DNA of 64,000 nt from an uncultured Chloroflexia bacterium (GTDB lineage Bacteria; Chloroflexota; Dehalococcoidia; UBA2979): the NCBI GenBank assembly GCA_963728205.1, contig CAVSIV010000006.1, positions 1,440,001-1,504,000 of the forward strand, given 5' to 3'. The stretch's first letter is position 1, and every line of letters starts with the position of its first letter. Shown in pieces: positions 28,113-37,980 of the stretch. Below the pieces are notes generated by a model. The model saw only the letters and a list, made by a program, of their open reading frames with translations, made no database searches and was not told the origin of the DNA. Made by a program: the position numbers and the translations under genes.

Positions 28113-30218
28113 ATGGCGCAGGCCGGCAACGCGTCGCCGCCGCAGGGCGGGGCCATCGGGCTGCTGACACGCAACTCCGACGTGCCGATGGCCGGGGCCC
28201 TGATCCTCATCGTCGCGATGATGGTGATCCCGCTGCCCACGGCGATGTTGACGATGTTCATCGTCACGGACATCGCCCTCGCGGTCACCGTGCTCATGAT
28301 CTCGATGTACACGCAGGACGTGCTGTCGTTCAGCGTGTTCCCGTCGCTGCTCCTCGTGATGACGCTGTTTCGGCTCGCGATCAACATCGCGTCCACGCGC
28401 CTGATCCTGCTGAACGCCGACGGCGGCTCGGTGATCTCCGCGTTCGGCCACTTCGTGGTCGGTGGGTCGGTGGTCGTCGGCATCGTCGTGTTCCTGATCC
28501 TCATGGTGATCCAGTTCGTCGTGATTACGAACGGTGCCGGCCGCGTCGCCGAGGTCGCCGCGCGCTTCACCCTCGACGCGATGCCCGGCAAGCAGATGTC
28601 GATCGACGCCGACCTCAACGCGGGGCTGATCACCGAGCAGGAGGCGCGCAAGCGCCGGACGGCGATCGCCGCGGCGGCGGACTTCTACGGCTCGATGGAC
28701 GGCGCGTCGAAGTTCGTGAAGGGCGACGCCATCGCCGCCCTGATCATCGTCGCCATCAACCTGATCGGCGGCATCGCGATCGGCGTCTTCCAGCACGGCA
28801 TGTCCGCCGGCGCCGCGGTCTCCACGTACTCGCTGCTCACCGTCGGCGACGGCCTGGTGTCGCAGATCCCGGCGCTGCTCGTCTCGACGGCCACCGGCCT
28901 GATCGTCACGCGCGGCACGACCGACGGGCACATGGGGCGCGACATCGGTGCGCAGATGTTCGCGAACCCGCGCGTGCTCTTCATCGTCGCCGCCGTACTG
29001 GGTGGCTTCGGGCTCGTACCGGGCCTTCCCCTATCCCCGTTCCTCATCCTCGCCGCAATCATGGGAGGAGCCGGTTACCTGGTCCGCACGCGCCAGCGCG
29101 AGAGCGCCGAGCAGCAGGCTGAGGCAGCCGAGGTGGAGCGCACCGAGGAGGCTCAGAGCGTGGACTCCGTGATCTCGATGCTCCAGGTCGATCCGCTGGA
29201 GGTCGAGGTCGGCTACGGGCTGATCCCGCTCGTCGACGAGGAGCACGGCGGCCACCTGCTCAACCGGATCACGATCATGCGACGCCAGGTCGCGATGGAG
29301 CTGGGGATCGTGGTCCCGATGATCCGCATTCGCGACAACCTGCAGCTCCCGGCGAACACCTACGTGGTGAAGCTGCGCGGCATCGAGATCGGCCGCGGCG
29401 AGCTGATGCCGAACCAGTTCCTCGCGATGAACTCCGGCCTCGCGAGCGAGGAGATCGAAGGCGCCGAGACCGTTGAGCCGGCCTTCGGCCTGCCGGCGCG
29501 CTGGATCGCGTCCGGCCAGAAGCAGCGCGCGGAGCTGCTCGGCTACACGGTCGTCGACTCCCCGTCGGTGCTGGTGACGCACCTCAACGAGCTGACGCGG
29601 CGCCACGCGCCCGAGCTGCTCTCGCGGCAGGACACGCAGTCGCTGCTCAACCACCTGCGGCAGGACTACCCGACCGTCGTGGAGGAGCTCGTGCCGGGCG
29701 TGCTCACGGTCGGCGAGGTGCAGGGCGTCCTGCAGATGTTGCTCGCCGAGGGCGTGTCGATCCGCGACCTCGTCACGATCTGCGAGACGCTCGCCGACCA
29801 CGGCCGCGCGACGAAGGAGATCGAGGCGCTCACCGAGATCGTGCGCTCCGCGCTGGCCCGCCAGATCACGATGCAGCACCGCTCGCCGTCGGGCGCGCTG
29901 CACGCCATCACGCTGCAGCCGCGGCTCGAGCAGACGCTCGCCTCGAGCCTGCAGAAGACCGACAACGGGACCGCGCTGCTGGTCGACCCGACGCTGCTGC
30001 AGCGGCTGCTCTCGCGCATCGCGAGCCAGCTCGAGCACGCGGCGGCGATGGGCCAGCAGCCGGTGCTGCTGACGTCGTCGCGCATCCGGCGGCCGCTGCG
30101 CCGGCTCACCGAGCGGTCGCTCCCGGCGCTCCCGATCCTCGCCTTCAGCGAGATCGCCACCGAGGTGGACGTCGAATCCGTGGGCATGGTGGAGGTCGAG
30201 GCCAGTGCAGCGGCTTAA
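28113..30218 (+). CDS. flhA: Flagellar export protein FlhA
   Basis: RVAEVAARFTLDAMPGKQMSIDADL, FYGSMDGASKFVKGD. Confidence 0.97.
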   Translation: MAQAGNASPPQGGAIGLLTRNSDVPMAGALILIVAMMVIPLPTAMLTMFIVTDIALAVTVLMISMYTQDVLSFSVFPSLLLVMTLFRLAINIASTRLILLNADGGSVISAFGHFVVGGSVVVGIVVFLILMVIQFVVITNGAGRVAEVAARFTLDAMPGKQMSIDADLNAGLITEQEARKRRTAIAAAADFYGSMDGASKFVKGDAIAALIIVAINLIGGIAIGVFQHGMSAGAAVSTYSLLTVGDGLVSQIPALLVSTATGLIVTRGTTDGHMGRDIGAQMFANPRVLFIVAAVLGGFGLVPGLPLSPFLILAAIMGGAGYLVRTRQRESAEQQAEAAEVERTEEAQSVDSVISMLQVDPLEVEVGYGLIPLVDEEHGGHLLNRITIMRRQVAMELGIVVPMIRIRDNLQLPANTYVVKLRGIEIGRGELMPNQFLAMNSGLASEEIEGAETVEPAFGLPARWIASGQKQRAELLGYTVVDSPSVLVTHLNELTRRHAPELLSRQDTQSLLNHLRQDYPTVVEELVPGVLTVGEVQGVLQMLLAEGVSIRDLVTICETLADHGRATKEIEALTEIVRSALARQITMQHRSPSGALHAITLQPRLEQTLASSLQKTDNGTALLVDPTLLQRLLSRIASQLEHAAAMGQQPVLLTSSRIRRPLRRLTERSLPALPILAFSEIATEVDVESVGMVEVEASAAA

Positions 30219-31920
30219 GCGATACCAGGCCCCGTCGATGGAAGACGCGTATGCCCGCGTGCGCGAGGAGTGCGGCGGCGACGCCGAGGTGGTGTCGTCG
30301 CGCACGGTGCGGTCGCCGGGGCTGTTCGGCGCGCCGCCGAACGAGTACGTCGAGATCGTGGTCCGCGTCTCGGACGAGGACCTGGAGCGTCGCGCGAAGC
30401 TGGCGGCCCGGCTGGCCGCCGCGCGCGCGGAGGCCGCCGCGGCCCGCGCCGCGGAGTCGGCGCGCGCGCAGGTGCGCGCGGAGCAGGAGGAGATCGCGGC
30501 CGCGCTCGAGGCGGCCGACGCCGAGCTCGCGCCGCCGTTCGTGAACGCGCTCGCCGGCAGCGGCGTCGTCCCCGACCCGCTCGCGCGCCCCGGACTGCTC
30601 GGCCGCATCCGCGGCCGCACGGGCGCCGTGCGCGACTCCGCCGGCGCCACCGCCGACGACGACGGCGCGGACGACGACGGCTACGACGACACGGACGTAG
30701 CCGACGCCGACGACGACGACGCGTGGGGTGACGCGGCACGGTCCGCCGCGGCCGGCCCCTTCGCGGCCATCAACGCCGCGCGCGCTGCGCGTGCCTACGA
30801 GGTGCCCGCGGCGGACCTCGCCGGCGCCCCCAATCTCGCGGCCGACGACGTTGCCGGCGACGACGCGCCGGCGTTCGCGCCGCTGCGCGCGCTCCCGCTC
30901 GACGCCGGCTTCGCGCCGGCGCCCGCCGCGCCCACCGCCGACGCCGCGGCAATCGCCGCCATGCGCGGCGAGCTCGCCGCGATCCGTGCACTGCTGGGCG
31001 AGCTCAGCGCCGATCGCCTGCAGGCGCGCATCGACGGCGCGCCCGACGCGCTCGGCGCCGCGCGCGCGCGGCTCCTGCAGCAGGGCGTCGCCCCAGCCAT
31101 CGTCGCCGCCGTGCTCGACCAGGCCGCGCAGGCCATCACGCACGGCGCCGACCCCCGGTCCGTCGCGCGCACCGTCGAGCGCAAGCTCGCCGCGCAGCTG
31201 CCCGCGGTCGCGCGCGTCGACTTCGCGCGGCGGCCGGTCGTACTGTTCCTCGTCGGCCCGTCCGGCGCCGGCAAGACCACGATGGCGATGCGCCTCGCGC
31301 TCGACATCCGCGCGCACGCGCTCTCCGCCGCCGTCGCCGGCATCGACGTCAGCCGCGCCGGCGCGCCGCAGCAGCTGGCCGCGCTCGGCTCCGCGAGCGG
31401 GGTCCCGGTCACGGTCTGCTATTCGCCCGGTGAGCTGCAGGCGATGGTGAGCGCCGGGGCCACCGACGTGATCGTGGTCGACACCCCGGGCCACAACGGC
31501 GCCCGCCCCGACCGCATGACCGAGCTCAAGGCATTCCTCCAGGCGGCGCGTCGACGGCAGGTGCTGCTCGTGTTGCCCGCCACGATGAAGGCCGGGGATC
31601 TCGAGGCCGTGACGCGCGCGTACCGCCCGGTCGAGCCGCAAGGGCTCGTGATCACGCGCTGCGACGAGACGTCGGGTTACGGAGCGCTCCTCACCACGGC
31701 TGCGACGTCCGGCCTGGGCGTGGCCTACACCGCGCACGGCGACGCCATCGGCACCCCGCCGCACGGCGGGGACAACATCACGCTCGCGCGCGCCGTGATG
31801 AGCGGCGCGTGGCCGCAGCCGGCGCCCGCGGCGACCGGCCGCGGTCCCGCCACCGCATCCACCCCGCTCCCCGGCGCCCTCGCCGCCGCGCGCGCCCGCT
31901 CCAGCGCGCGCGCCGGGTAG
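30205..31920 (+). CDS. flhF: SRP-family GTPase FlhF
   Basis: N-terminal YQAPSMEDAYARVREE, GPSGAGKTT, DTPG, TRCDET. Confidence 0.88.
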   Translation: MQRLKRYQAPSMEDAYARVREECGGDAEVVSSRTVRSPGLFGAPPNEYVEIVVRVSDEDLERRAKLAARLAAARAEAAAARAAESARAQVRAEQEEIAAALEAADAELAPPFVNALAGSGVVPDPLARPGLLGRIRGRTGAVRDSAGATADDDGADDDGYDDTDVADADDDDAWGDAARSAAAGPFAAINAARAARAYEVPAADLAGAPNLAADDVAGDDAPAFAPLRALPLDAGFAPAPAAPTADAAAIAAMRGELAAIRALLGELSADRLQARIDGAPDALGAARARLLQQGVAPAIVAAVLDQAAQAITHGADPRSVARTVERKLAAQLPAVARVDFARRPVVLFLVGPSGAGKTTMAMRLALDIRAHALSAAVAGIDVSRAGAPQQLAALGSASGVPVTVCYSPGELQAMVSAGATDVIVVDTPGHNGARPDRMTELKAFLQAARRRQVLLVLPATMKAGDLEAVTRAYRPVEPQGLVITRCDETSGYGALLTTAATSGLGVAYTAHGDAIGTPPHGGDNITLARAVMSGAWPQPAPAATGRGPATASTPLPGALAAARARSSARAG

Positions 31921-31941
31921 CGGCGCGGAAAGGGGGCCGCG

Positions 31942-32602
31942 ATGCCCGCGTTCATCGACCTGCGACCCGGCATGACGGTCCATGTCATGCCCGAGGGTGG
32001 CTCGCTGGCCGCCGCTTACGAGTCGGTGATCCGGCACGTCGGCGAACAGGGCATCCGCATCGATCACCCGCGCCAGGGCGACGAGGCGATGGCGCTCGCG
32101 CCCGGCGACGACATCGCAGTGTTCGTCCAGCAGGCCGGGCGCATCTACCGCCTGGTGAGCCGCGTGCGGCTGCTCGAGCAGAATCCCGCTCGACGCGGTC
32201 GTGCTCGAGCACCCGACGGAGGCCGACCATTCGGAGCGGCGCCAGTTCTACCGCCTGCTCACCACGCTCGAGCCGCGCTACGCGGCGCGGGTGAGCACGG
32301 AGGGCGAGGAGCTGGAGCGCGTCGAGGCGCGCATCCTCGACCTCAGCGGCGGTGGCATGCAGCTGCACACGCGGCACTGGCTGCCGGTGGGCGCACGCCT
32401 CCGCCTGATCTTCGCGCTCGAGAACGACCCGCAGGACGTCGACGCCCTCGCCACCGTCCTCTCCGTCGTGCGGCCGGGTGCGAGTCGCGCCTTCTATCGC
32501 GTGCACTGCCGGTTCATCGATCTGGCGCGCTCGGAGCGCGAGCGCATCGTGCGCTTCATCTTTCGCAAGCAGATCGACTTCCGGAAGAAGGGGGTCGGAT
32601 GA
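31942..32602 (+). CDS. YcgR/MotI-like PilZ-domain flagellar brake, frameshifted near 32190
   Basis: YcgR-like N-domain followed in the next frame by ERRQFYRL (RxxxR) and DLSGGG (DxSxxG). Confidence 0.85.
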
Positions 32603-32928
32603 TGCCGATCCTCGGTCTCGGGCTGGCGGTCTCCGGCATCGCCTTCCTCGGCGTCGCATGGCTGTCGTGGTCGGCCGGCTTCCCCGCGGAGGTCGCGCTG
32701 CTGCGCGGGCTGATCGCGTTCATGGCGATCAACTTCGTCGCGTACCTCGGCGAGCTGGTGGTGGCGACGGCGCCGCCGGTGGAGCGCGCCGAGGCGGAAG
32801 CGGAGCACGAGGACGAGCGGGCGCACGCGCCCGAGAGCATGTCATCGCGAGAACCGGCTGCGGGCGTCGAGCCCGGCCGAGAGCCCATCCCGTTGCGCCC
32901 TGAACTCGAAGAGCGCCGGGCGGCATGA
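32599..32928 (+). CDS. Small two-TM hypothetical protein in flagellar operon
   Basis: ATGA overlap with ycgR-like stop; two hydrophobic helices and acidic tail. Confidence 0.7.
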   Translation: MMPILGLGLAVSGIAFLGVAWLSWSAGFPAEVALLRGLIAFMAINFVAYLGELVVATAPPVERAEAEAEHEDERAHAPESMSSREPAAGVEPGREPIPLRPELEERRAA

Positions 32929-32946
32929 GCGAGAAGGTCGTGACCT

Positions 32947-33888
32947 GTGACTAAGCAGGCAAAGCAGCAGACCGAGCGCGCCCCGCGCGCCGTCCGAACG
33001 GCGCCGGCCACGGAGCCGGCGGCGCCCGCGGTCGCGGAGGCGACGATCACGCCGTTCCCGGCGCGGAAGCCGCAACCGACCGCCGCCCCGGCCGCCGGGC
33101 GCGCGTCGACGGCCGCCGAGCAGCTCCAGGCGTCGAACGCCGACCTCTGGGCGCGCTACACGAAGCGGCGCGATCAGCAGCTGCGCGAGGAGCTCATCCT
33201 CCAGTACGCGCCGCTCGTGAAGTACGTCATGGGGCGGCTCGCCATCAGCCTGCCCTCGATCCTCGACTACGAGGACATCCTCTCCTTCGGCACGATCGGC
33301 CTGATCGAGGCCGTGGAGCGCTTCGACCCGACCAAGGGCGTGAAGTTCGAGACCTACGCGATCTCCCGCATCCGCGGCGCGATCATCGACGCCCTGCGCT
33401 CGCTCGACCGCCTGCCCCGCTCCGTGCGCCAGAAGGCGAAGGAGGCCGACCAGGCCGTCCTTCACCTCACCCACGAGCTCGGCCGCGACCCGACCGACGA
33501 TGAGGTCGCCGGGCTGCTCGGCGTGTCGCCGGAGGCGTACCGCAAGCACCTGATCGACGCCTCGTGGGTCACGGTCTCGCTCGACGCGAACAGCTCGGGC
33601 GGCGACGAGGAGGACGACGTCGGGATGATGGGCGTCCCCGACCCCGACGAGGAGGACATCTCGGTCGGCCTCGAGCAGCAGGAGCTCATCGGGGAGCTGG
33701 GGGATGCGATTCGGGAACTCCCCGATAGGGAGCAGCTCGTGCTGTCCCTTTACTACAAGGACGAGCTGACCATGCGCGAGGTCAGCAAGGTGCTGGGCAT
33801 CTCCGAGTCGCGCGTGTGCCAGCTGCACGCGCGCGCACTGGGTCGGCTCCGCACCAGCATCGCGCGCATGCATGGAGCGGCCGCATGA
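32947..33888 (+). CDS. fliA: RNA polymerase sigma-28 factor FliA/WhiG
   Basis: YAPLVKYV, FETYAISRIRGAIIDALR, LGISESRVCQLH. Confidence 0.96.
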   Translation: MTKQAKQQTERAPRAVRTAPATEPAAPAVAEATITPFPARKPQPTAAPAAGRASTAAEQLQASNADLWARYTKRRDQQLREELILQYAPLVKYVMGRLAISLPSILDYEDILSFGTIGLIEAVERFDPTKGVKFETYAISRIRGAIIDALRSLDRLPRSVRQKAKEADQAVLHLTHELGRDPTDDEVAGLLGVSPEAYRKHLIDASWVTVSLDANSSGGDEEDDVGMMGVPDPDEEDISVGLEQQELIGELGDAIRELPDREQLVLSLYYKDELTMREVSKVLGISESRVCQLHARALGRLRTSIARMHGAAA

Positions 33889-34379
33889 GCACCCCGCTGC
33901 TGCTGAGCCTCTCGATCGGTCTGCCGGTCCTGCTGCTGGCGATCGGCGTCTTCTACCACGCCCGTGTGATCGCGCAGCAGCCGGCGGTGGACGCCCTCTC
34001 CGCGCACGTCGCCGAGCTCGCGACCTCCGACCACACCGACGAGCTGCTCGCCGAGCTCCAGCACTCGATGCACGCAATCCGCCAGCAGCTCGCGCAGCAG
34101 CGCGAGTCCCTCTCGGGCATGCTCAGCGACGAGGCCGCCCCGCGCGCCCGCACGGGCGCCCCGGCCGACCGCGCGCGCCGTGCCTCCGCCGCGGCGTCGC
34201 CACGCGCCGCCGCGCCGACCGCGAACCCGCTGCTCGGCATCGACCCCACGGTCGAGCTGCGCAGCGCCGTCGCCCGCCTCGTCGCGGAGGGCCTCTCGGA
34301 CCGCGCGATCGCCCGCCAGCTGCACATCGGCCTCGAAGAGGTGCGCATGGCACGCACGCGAACCGGGAGCGCCTCGTGA
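33885..34379 (+). CDS. Membrane-anchored coiled-coil protein with C-terminal HTH-like segment (DUF6115/DUF2802-like)
   Basis: N-terminal TM, helical middle, EGLSDRAIARQLHIGLEEVRM; directly after fliA. Confidence 0.72.
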   Translation: MSTPLLLSLSIGLPVLLLAIGVFYHARVIAQQPAVDALSAHVAELATSDHTDELLAELQHSMHAIRQQLAQQRESLSGMLSDEAAPRARTGAPADRARRASAAASPRAAAPTANPLLGIDPTVELRSAVARLVAEGLSDRAIARQLHIGLEEVRMARTRTGSAS

Positions 34380-35053
34380 CCCGTTCCGCCCGCCGCCGCG
34401 CCGCCCCGCTGCTGAGCGCCGCCCTGGTCGCCGCCGTACTGGCGGCCGCGGGGCTCGCGTCGCTGCTCGGCGCCCGCTCGCCGGCGCGCGCCAACGGGGT
34501 GCCCACCGACGTGCAGCTCTCGTACATCAAGCTCTCGAACTGGGGCCCGCAGGACGCCACCGGCACCGCGCAGCTCATGTTCTCGGAGGGCCTGGTCAAC
34601 CTCACCGCGCAGGGCCTCACCCCGCTCAGCAATGAGCAGTACCAGGGCTGGCTGGTGAACTCGCAGACCGGCGACGCCATCACGTTCGGGCGCTTCAACG
34701 CCGCCGCCGACGGCAGCGTCACCTACCAGGGCAAGCTGCCGCCGCTGTCGAACTTCGGCTTCGACCTCGTGATCCTCACGGTCGAGCCGCAGCCCGACGA
34801 CGCCCCGCAGCCGACCGCGCAGCGCAGCATCGGCGGGTACTTCTCGCTGATCGGGCAGACGAGCCCCGACGGCTCGAGCGCGAGCGACGCCGGGGCCGGC
34901 ACCTCCGGATCCGGCTCGCTGCAGTCGCCGGGCCAGCTCCCGAACACCGGGGACCCGACGCTCGTCACCGACATCGCCCGGGTCGGCGTGCTGCTCGGGA
35001 TCATGGGGCTGTCGGTCTTCGTCGGCCTGCGGCTGGGTCGGAGGTCCGCATGA
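34376..35053 (+). CDS. Secreted protein with RskA-like beta domain and LPXTG sorting signal
   Basis: Signal peptide; YQGWL..G.F..LTVEP; LPNTG + hydrophobic helix + RLGRRSA tail. Confidence 0.8.
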   Translation: MTRSARRRAAPLLSAALVAAVLAAAGLASLLGARSPARANGVPTDVQLSYIKLSNWGPQDATGTAQLMFSEGLVNLTAQGLTPLSNEQYQGWLVNSQTGDAITFGRFNAAADGSVTYQGKLPPLSNFGFDLVILTVEPQPDDAPQPTAQRSIGGYFSLIGQTSPDGSSASDAGAGTSGSGSLQSPGQLPNTGDPTLVTDIARVGVLLGIMGLSVFVGLRLGRRSA

Positions 35054-35883
35054 TTCGCGCGCTCTACACCGCGGCGTCGGGGCTCGAGACCGGCCTGCAC
35101 ATGCAGGAGTCGGTCGCCGAGAACCTCGCCAACGCCGACACCACCGGCTTCAAGACCGAGCGCCAGGCCGCGAGCGAGTTCGCCGGCGTACTGGCGAAGA
35201 GCATCGGCAACGCGCCCGTGCCCGTGCCGCTCGCGCTCGAACGCGTGCTCGGGCGCGTCGGCACCGGCTCGTTCGTCGACAAGCGCCGCGTCGCGCTCGA
35301 CGAGGGCACCGCGCAGTCGACGGGCCGCCCGCTCGACGTGATGGTGCAGGGCAGCGGCTTCTTCGTCGTGCAGGGCGCCGACGGCTCCACGCAGTACACG
35401 CGCGACGGCCACTTCATGCGCGACAAGCAGAATCGGCTCACGACCGCCGAGGGCGATCTCGTGCTCGACCAGAACGGCGCGCCAATCACGCTCGACACCG
35501 ACAACCTGCGCATCGACGGCTCCGGCCAGGTCTTCACGCGCACGCCGGTGCAGGTGACGCAGCCCGACGGCAGCGTGAAGACGGACCTCCAGGAGAACCT
35601 CGCGGCCACGCTCCAGGTGGTGACCGCCGACCCGACGCAGCTGGTGCGCGCCGGCCGCTCCGCGTTCACGCTCGTCCCGGGCGCGTCGGTCCAGCCGGCG
35701 CAGCTCGGCGGCGCCTCTCAGGTGCTGCAGGGCGCGCTCGAGCAGTCGAACGTCGACGTCACCTCCACGTCCACGCAGCTGATGTCGCTCTCGCGCGACT
35801 TCTCCGCGAGCCAGCACGTGTTCTCGACGATCAACGACACACTGCAGTCGGCCGTGAACGACGTCGGACGGGTGCAGCGATGA
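35050..35883 (+). CDS. flgF: Flagellar basal-body rod protein FlgF/FlhO-type
   Basis: MIRALYTAASG, NLANADTTGFK, TGRPLD, YTRDGHF, LEQSNV. Confidence 0.88.
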   Translation: MIRALYTAASGLETGLHMQESVAENLANADTTGFKTERQAASEFAGVLAKSIGNAPVPVPLALERVLGRVGTGSFVDKRRVALDEGTAQSTGRPLDVMVQGSGFFVVQGADGSTQYTRDGHFMRDKQNRLTTAEGDLVLDQNGAPITLDTDNLRIDGSGQVFTRTPVQVTQPDGSVKTDLQENLAATLQVVTADPTQLVRAGRSAFTLVPGASVQPAQLGGASQVLQGALEQSNVDVTSTSTQLMSLSRDFSASQHVFSTINDTLQSAVNDVGRVQR

Positions 35884-37061
35884 GCGCGCCCCTCGACGCC
35901 GCCCTGAGCGGGATGCTCGCGCACGAGCGGGGCATGGACCTCGTCGCGAACAACCTCGCGAACGTGAACACGACCGGCTACAAGCGCGCGGTCGTGCACT
36001 TCCAGGACGTGCTCGACAGCGCCGGCGTCCTCGCGGTGCTGAACGGCCGGGTCCCCGCCGGCGGCGCCGTCACGGCGACCGGCGTGCGCTCTACCGCGGT
36101 CACGCGCGACTTTGCCGAGGGCACGCTGGTCGTGACCGGCCAGCCGTACGACCTCGCCATCGACGGATCCGGCTTCTTCCGCGTGAAGCTCGCCGACGGC
36201 TCAACGGCCTACACGCGCGACGGCAACTTCCTGCTCGACGCGCAGCGCCGCCTCACCACGCAGGACGGCAACCTGGTCGACCCGCCGATCACGATCCCCG
36301 ACGGCTCGCACGACGTGTCGATCGCGCTCGACGGCACGGTCAGCGCGGTACGCCCCTCCACGCCCGCCGAGCTCGCCGCGCTGCCGCCCGGGTCGCCCGA
36401 CCTGGGCGTGCGCGAGGACATCGGCCGCATCGGACTCACGCGCTTCGAGAACCTCGACGGCCTGGCCTCGATCGGCCAGAACCTCTACGTGCTCGCGGCG
36501 CCGACCGGCAGCTCGATCGCGAGCCTCCAGCCGGTGGGGCAGAGCGTGGACGCGGCCGTGCCGCTTGCGCAGGCGGGGCTCGACGTCGCGCCCGTCGCCG
36601 GCACGTTCACCGTGAACGGCACGGCGATCGCGTTCGACCCGGCCGTCGACTCACTCAACGACGTCGTCGCGCGCGTCAACGCGTCGACCGCGGGCGTCAC
36701 GGCGGCGTACGACGCGAGCCGCCAGATGCTCACCATCGCGAACACCGCGCCGGGCACCACACCGGTCGCGCTGGCGGACACGTCCGGCAACTTCCTGCAG
36801 TCGATGCAGCTGCTCGACGCGACCGGCGCGGCGATCGGCAGCACGACGCAGGGCGTCGGCGCGCAGACCCCGATCGACACGTTCCCGGGCGAGAACAACG
36901 CCGGCGTCGTGCGCGCCGGGTTCCTCGAGTCGTCGAACGTGGACGTGGCGGTCGAGATGACCAACCTCATGCTCAGCGCACGCGCGTACCAGCTCAACCT
37001 CAGCGCCTACAAGACGATCGAGCAGATGCTCGCGGCAGCGAACCAGCTGCCGGGCGTCTAG
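35880..37061 (+). CDS. flgG: Flagellar rod protein FlgG/FlhP-type with large internal insertion
   Basis: ANNLANVNTTGYK, DLAIDGSGFF, YTRDGNF, LESSNVDVAVEM; 393 aa. Confidence 0.85.
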   Translation: MSAPLDAALSGMLAHERGMDLVANNLANVNTTGYKRAVVHFQDVLDSAGVLAVLNGRVPAGGAVTATGVRSTAVTRDFAEGTLVVTGQPYDLAIDGSGFFRVKLADGSTAYTRDGNFLLDAQRRLTTQDGNLVDPPITIPDGSHDVSIALDGTVSAVRPSTPAELAALPPGSPDLGVREDIGRIGLTRFENLDGLASIGQNLYVLAAPTGSSIASLQPVGQSVDAAVPLAQAGLDVAPVAGTFTVNGTAIAFDPAVDSLNDVVARVNASTAGVTAAYDASRQMLTIANTAPGTTPVALADTSGNFLQSMQLLDATGAAIGSTTQGVGAQTPIDTFPGENNAGVVRAGFLESSNVDVAVEMTNLMLSARAYQLNLSAYKTIEQMLAAANQLPGV

Positions 37062-37089
37062 CCGCGAGCGGCGCGGGAAGGCTCTTACC

Positions 37090-37407
37090 ATGCAGCCGAT
37101 TCGTCCCCAGGATGCGTCCAGCATCTACCAGCGCCAGGCGGTGCAGGGCGCGGCCGCGAGCGGCGCCGACGCCACGGCGCGCCGCGCGGCGGGCACGAAC
37201 GACGCGCGCCCGGGCCGCCGCACCGACCGCGTGACGGTCTCGGCGCAGGCGCAGGAGCTCTACCGCGCGATGCAGGCCGTCGCGCAGCAGGGCGACGTGC
37301 GCGAGGACCGCGTGGCCGCGCTGCGCCAGCAGATCGCGAGCGGCATGTACAGCGTCGACGCGAACGGCATCGCGCAGCGGCTCGTCGAAGACGGGTTCAC
37401 ATCGTGA
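37090..37407 (+). CDS. flgM: Anti-sigma-28 factor FlgM
   Basis: DRVTVSAQA, REDRVAALRQQIASGMYSVD..IAQRL. Confidence 0.9.
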   Translation: MQPIRPQDASSIYQRQAVQGAAASGADATARRAAGTNDARPGRRTDRVTVSAQAQELYRAMQAVAQQGDVREDRVAALRQQIASGMYSVDANGIAQRLVEDGFTS

Positions 37408-37970
37408 GCCGCCGGCCGGCCGCCCGCGGGGCTGCCGTGGCCGCGCCGGCCACCGACGCCGGCGAGGGCGCGTTGCTCGACGGCGTGCGCTCGCTGCACG
37501 CGTCGCTCGACACGCAGCGCGCGATCTACACCGAGATGCTCGACCTCACCGAGCGCGAGGAAGCGGCGATCGTCTGCGGCGACGTCGCGGCGCTGACGCG
37601 GCTCGTCGAGGAGAAGGAGACGCTGATCGAGCACCTCAACGTGCTCGAGACCGAGCGCATGACGGCGCTCGTCGCGATCGCCTCGGCCACGGGGATCGAC
37701 CCCGGTGCCGCCACGCTCTCCGACGTCGCGGCGCACCTGCCGCGCGCGGCGGCGCTCGCGCTCACCGAGAGCGGCGTCGAGCTGCGCGCGCAGGCCATCG
37801 CGCTGCGCGAGGCGAACGACCGCAACGCGCGGCTGCTGCGCAGCAGCCGCGACGTGGTCGACCGCTGGATCCACTACCTGCGCGTCTTCCTCAGCGGCGC
37901 CCTCTATACCTCCGGCGGCACGACCGCCGAGGCCGCGCCGGCGCGGCGCGCGCTCGACCGATCGGCGTAG
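37404..37970 (+). CDS. flgN: Export chaperone FlgN
   Basis: Helical protein, N..NARLL, Y; between flgM and flgK. Confidence 0.85.
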   Translation: MSRRPAARGAAVAAPATDAGEGALLDGVRSLHASLDTQRAIYTEMLDLTEREEAAIVCGDVAALTRLVEEKETLIEHLNVLETERMTALVAIASATGIDPGAATLSDVAAHLPRAAALALTESGVELRAQAIALREANDRNARLLRSSRDVVDRWIHYLRVFLSGALYTSGGTTAEAAPARRALDRSA

Positions 37971-37980
37971 GGATCGCCCC

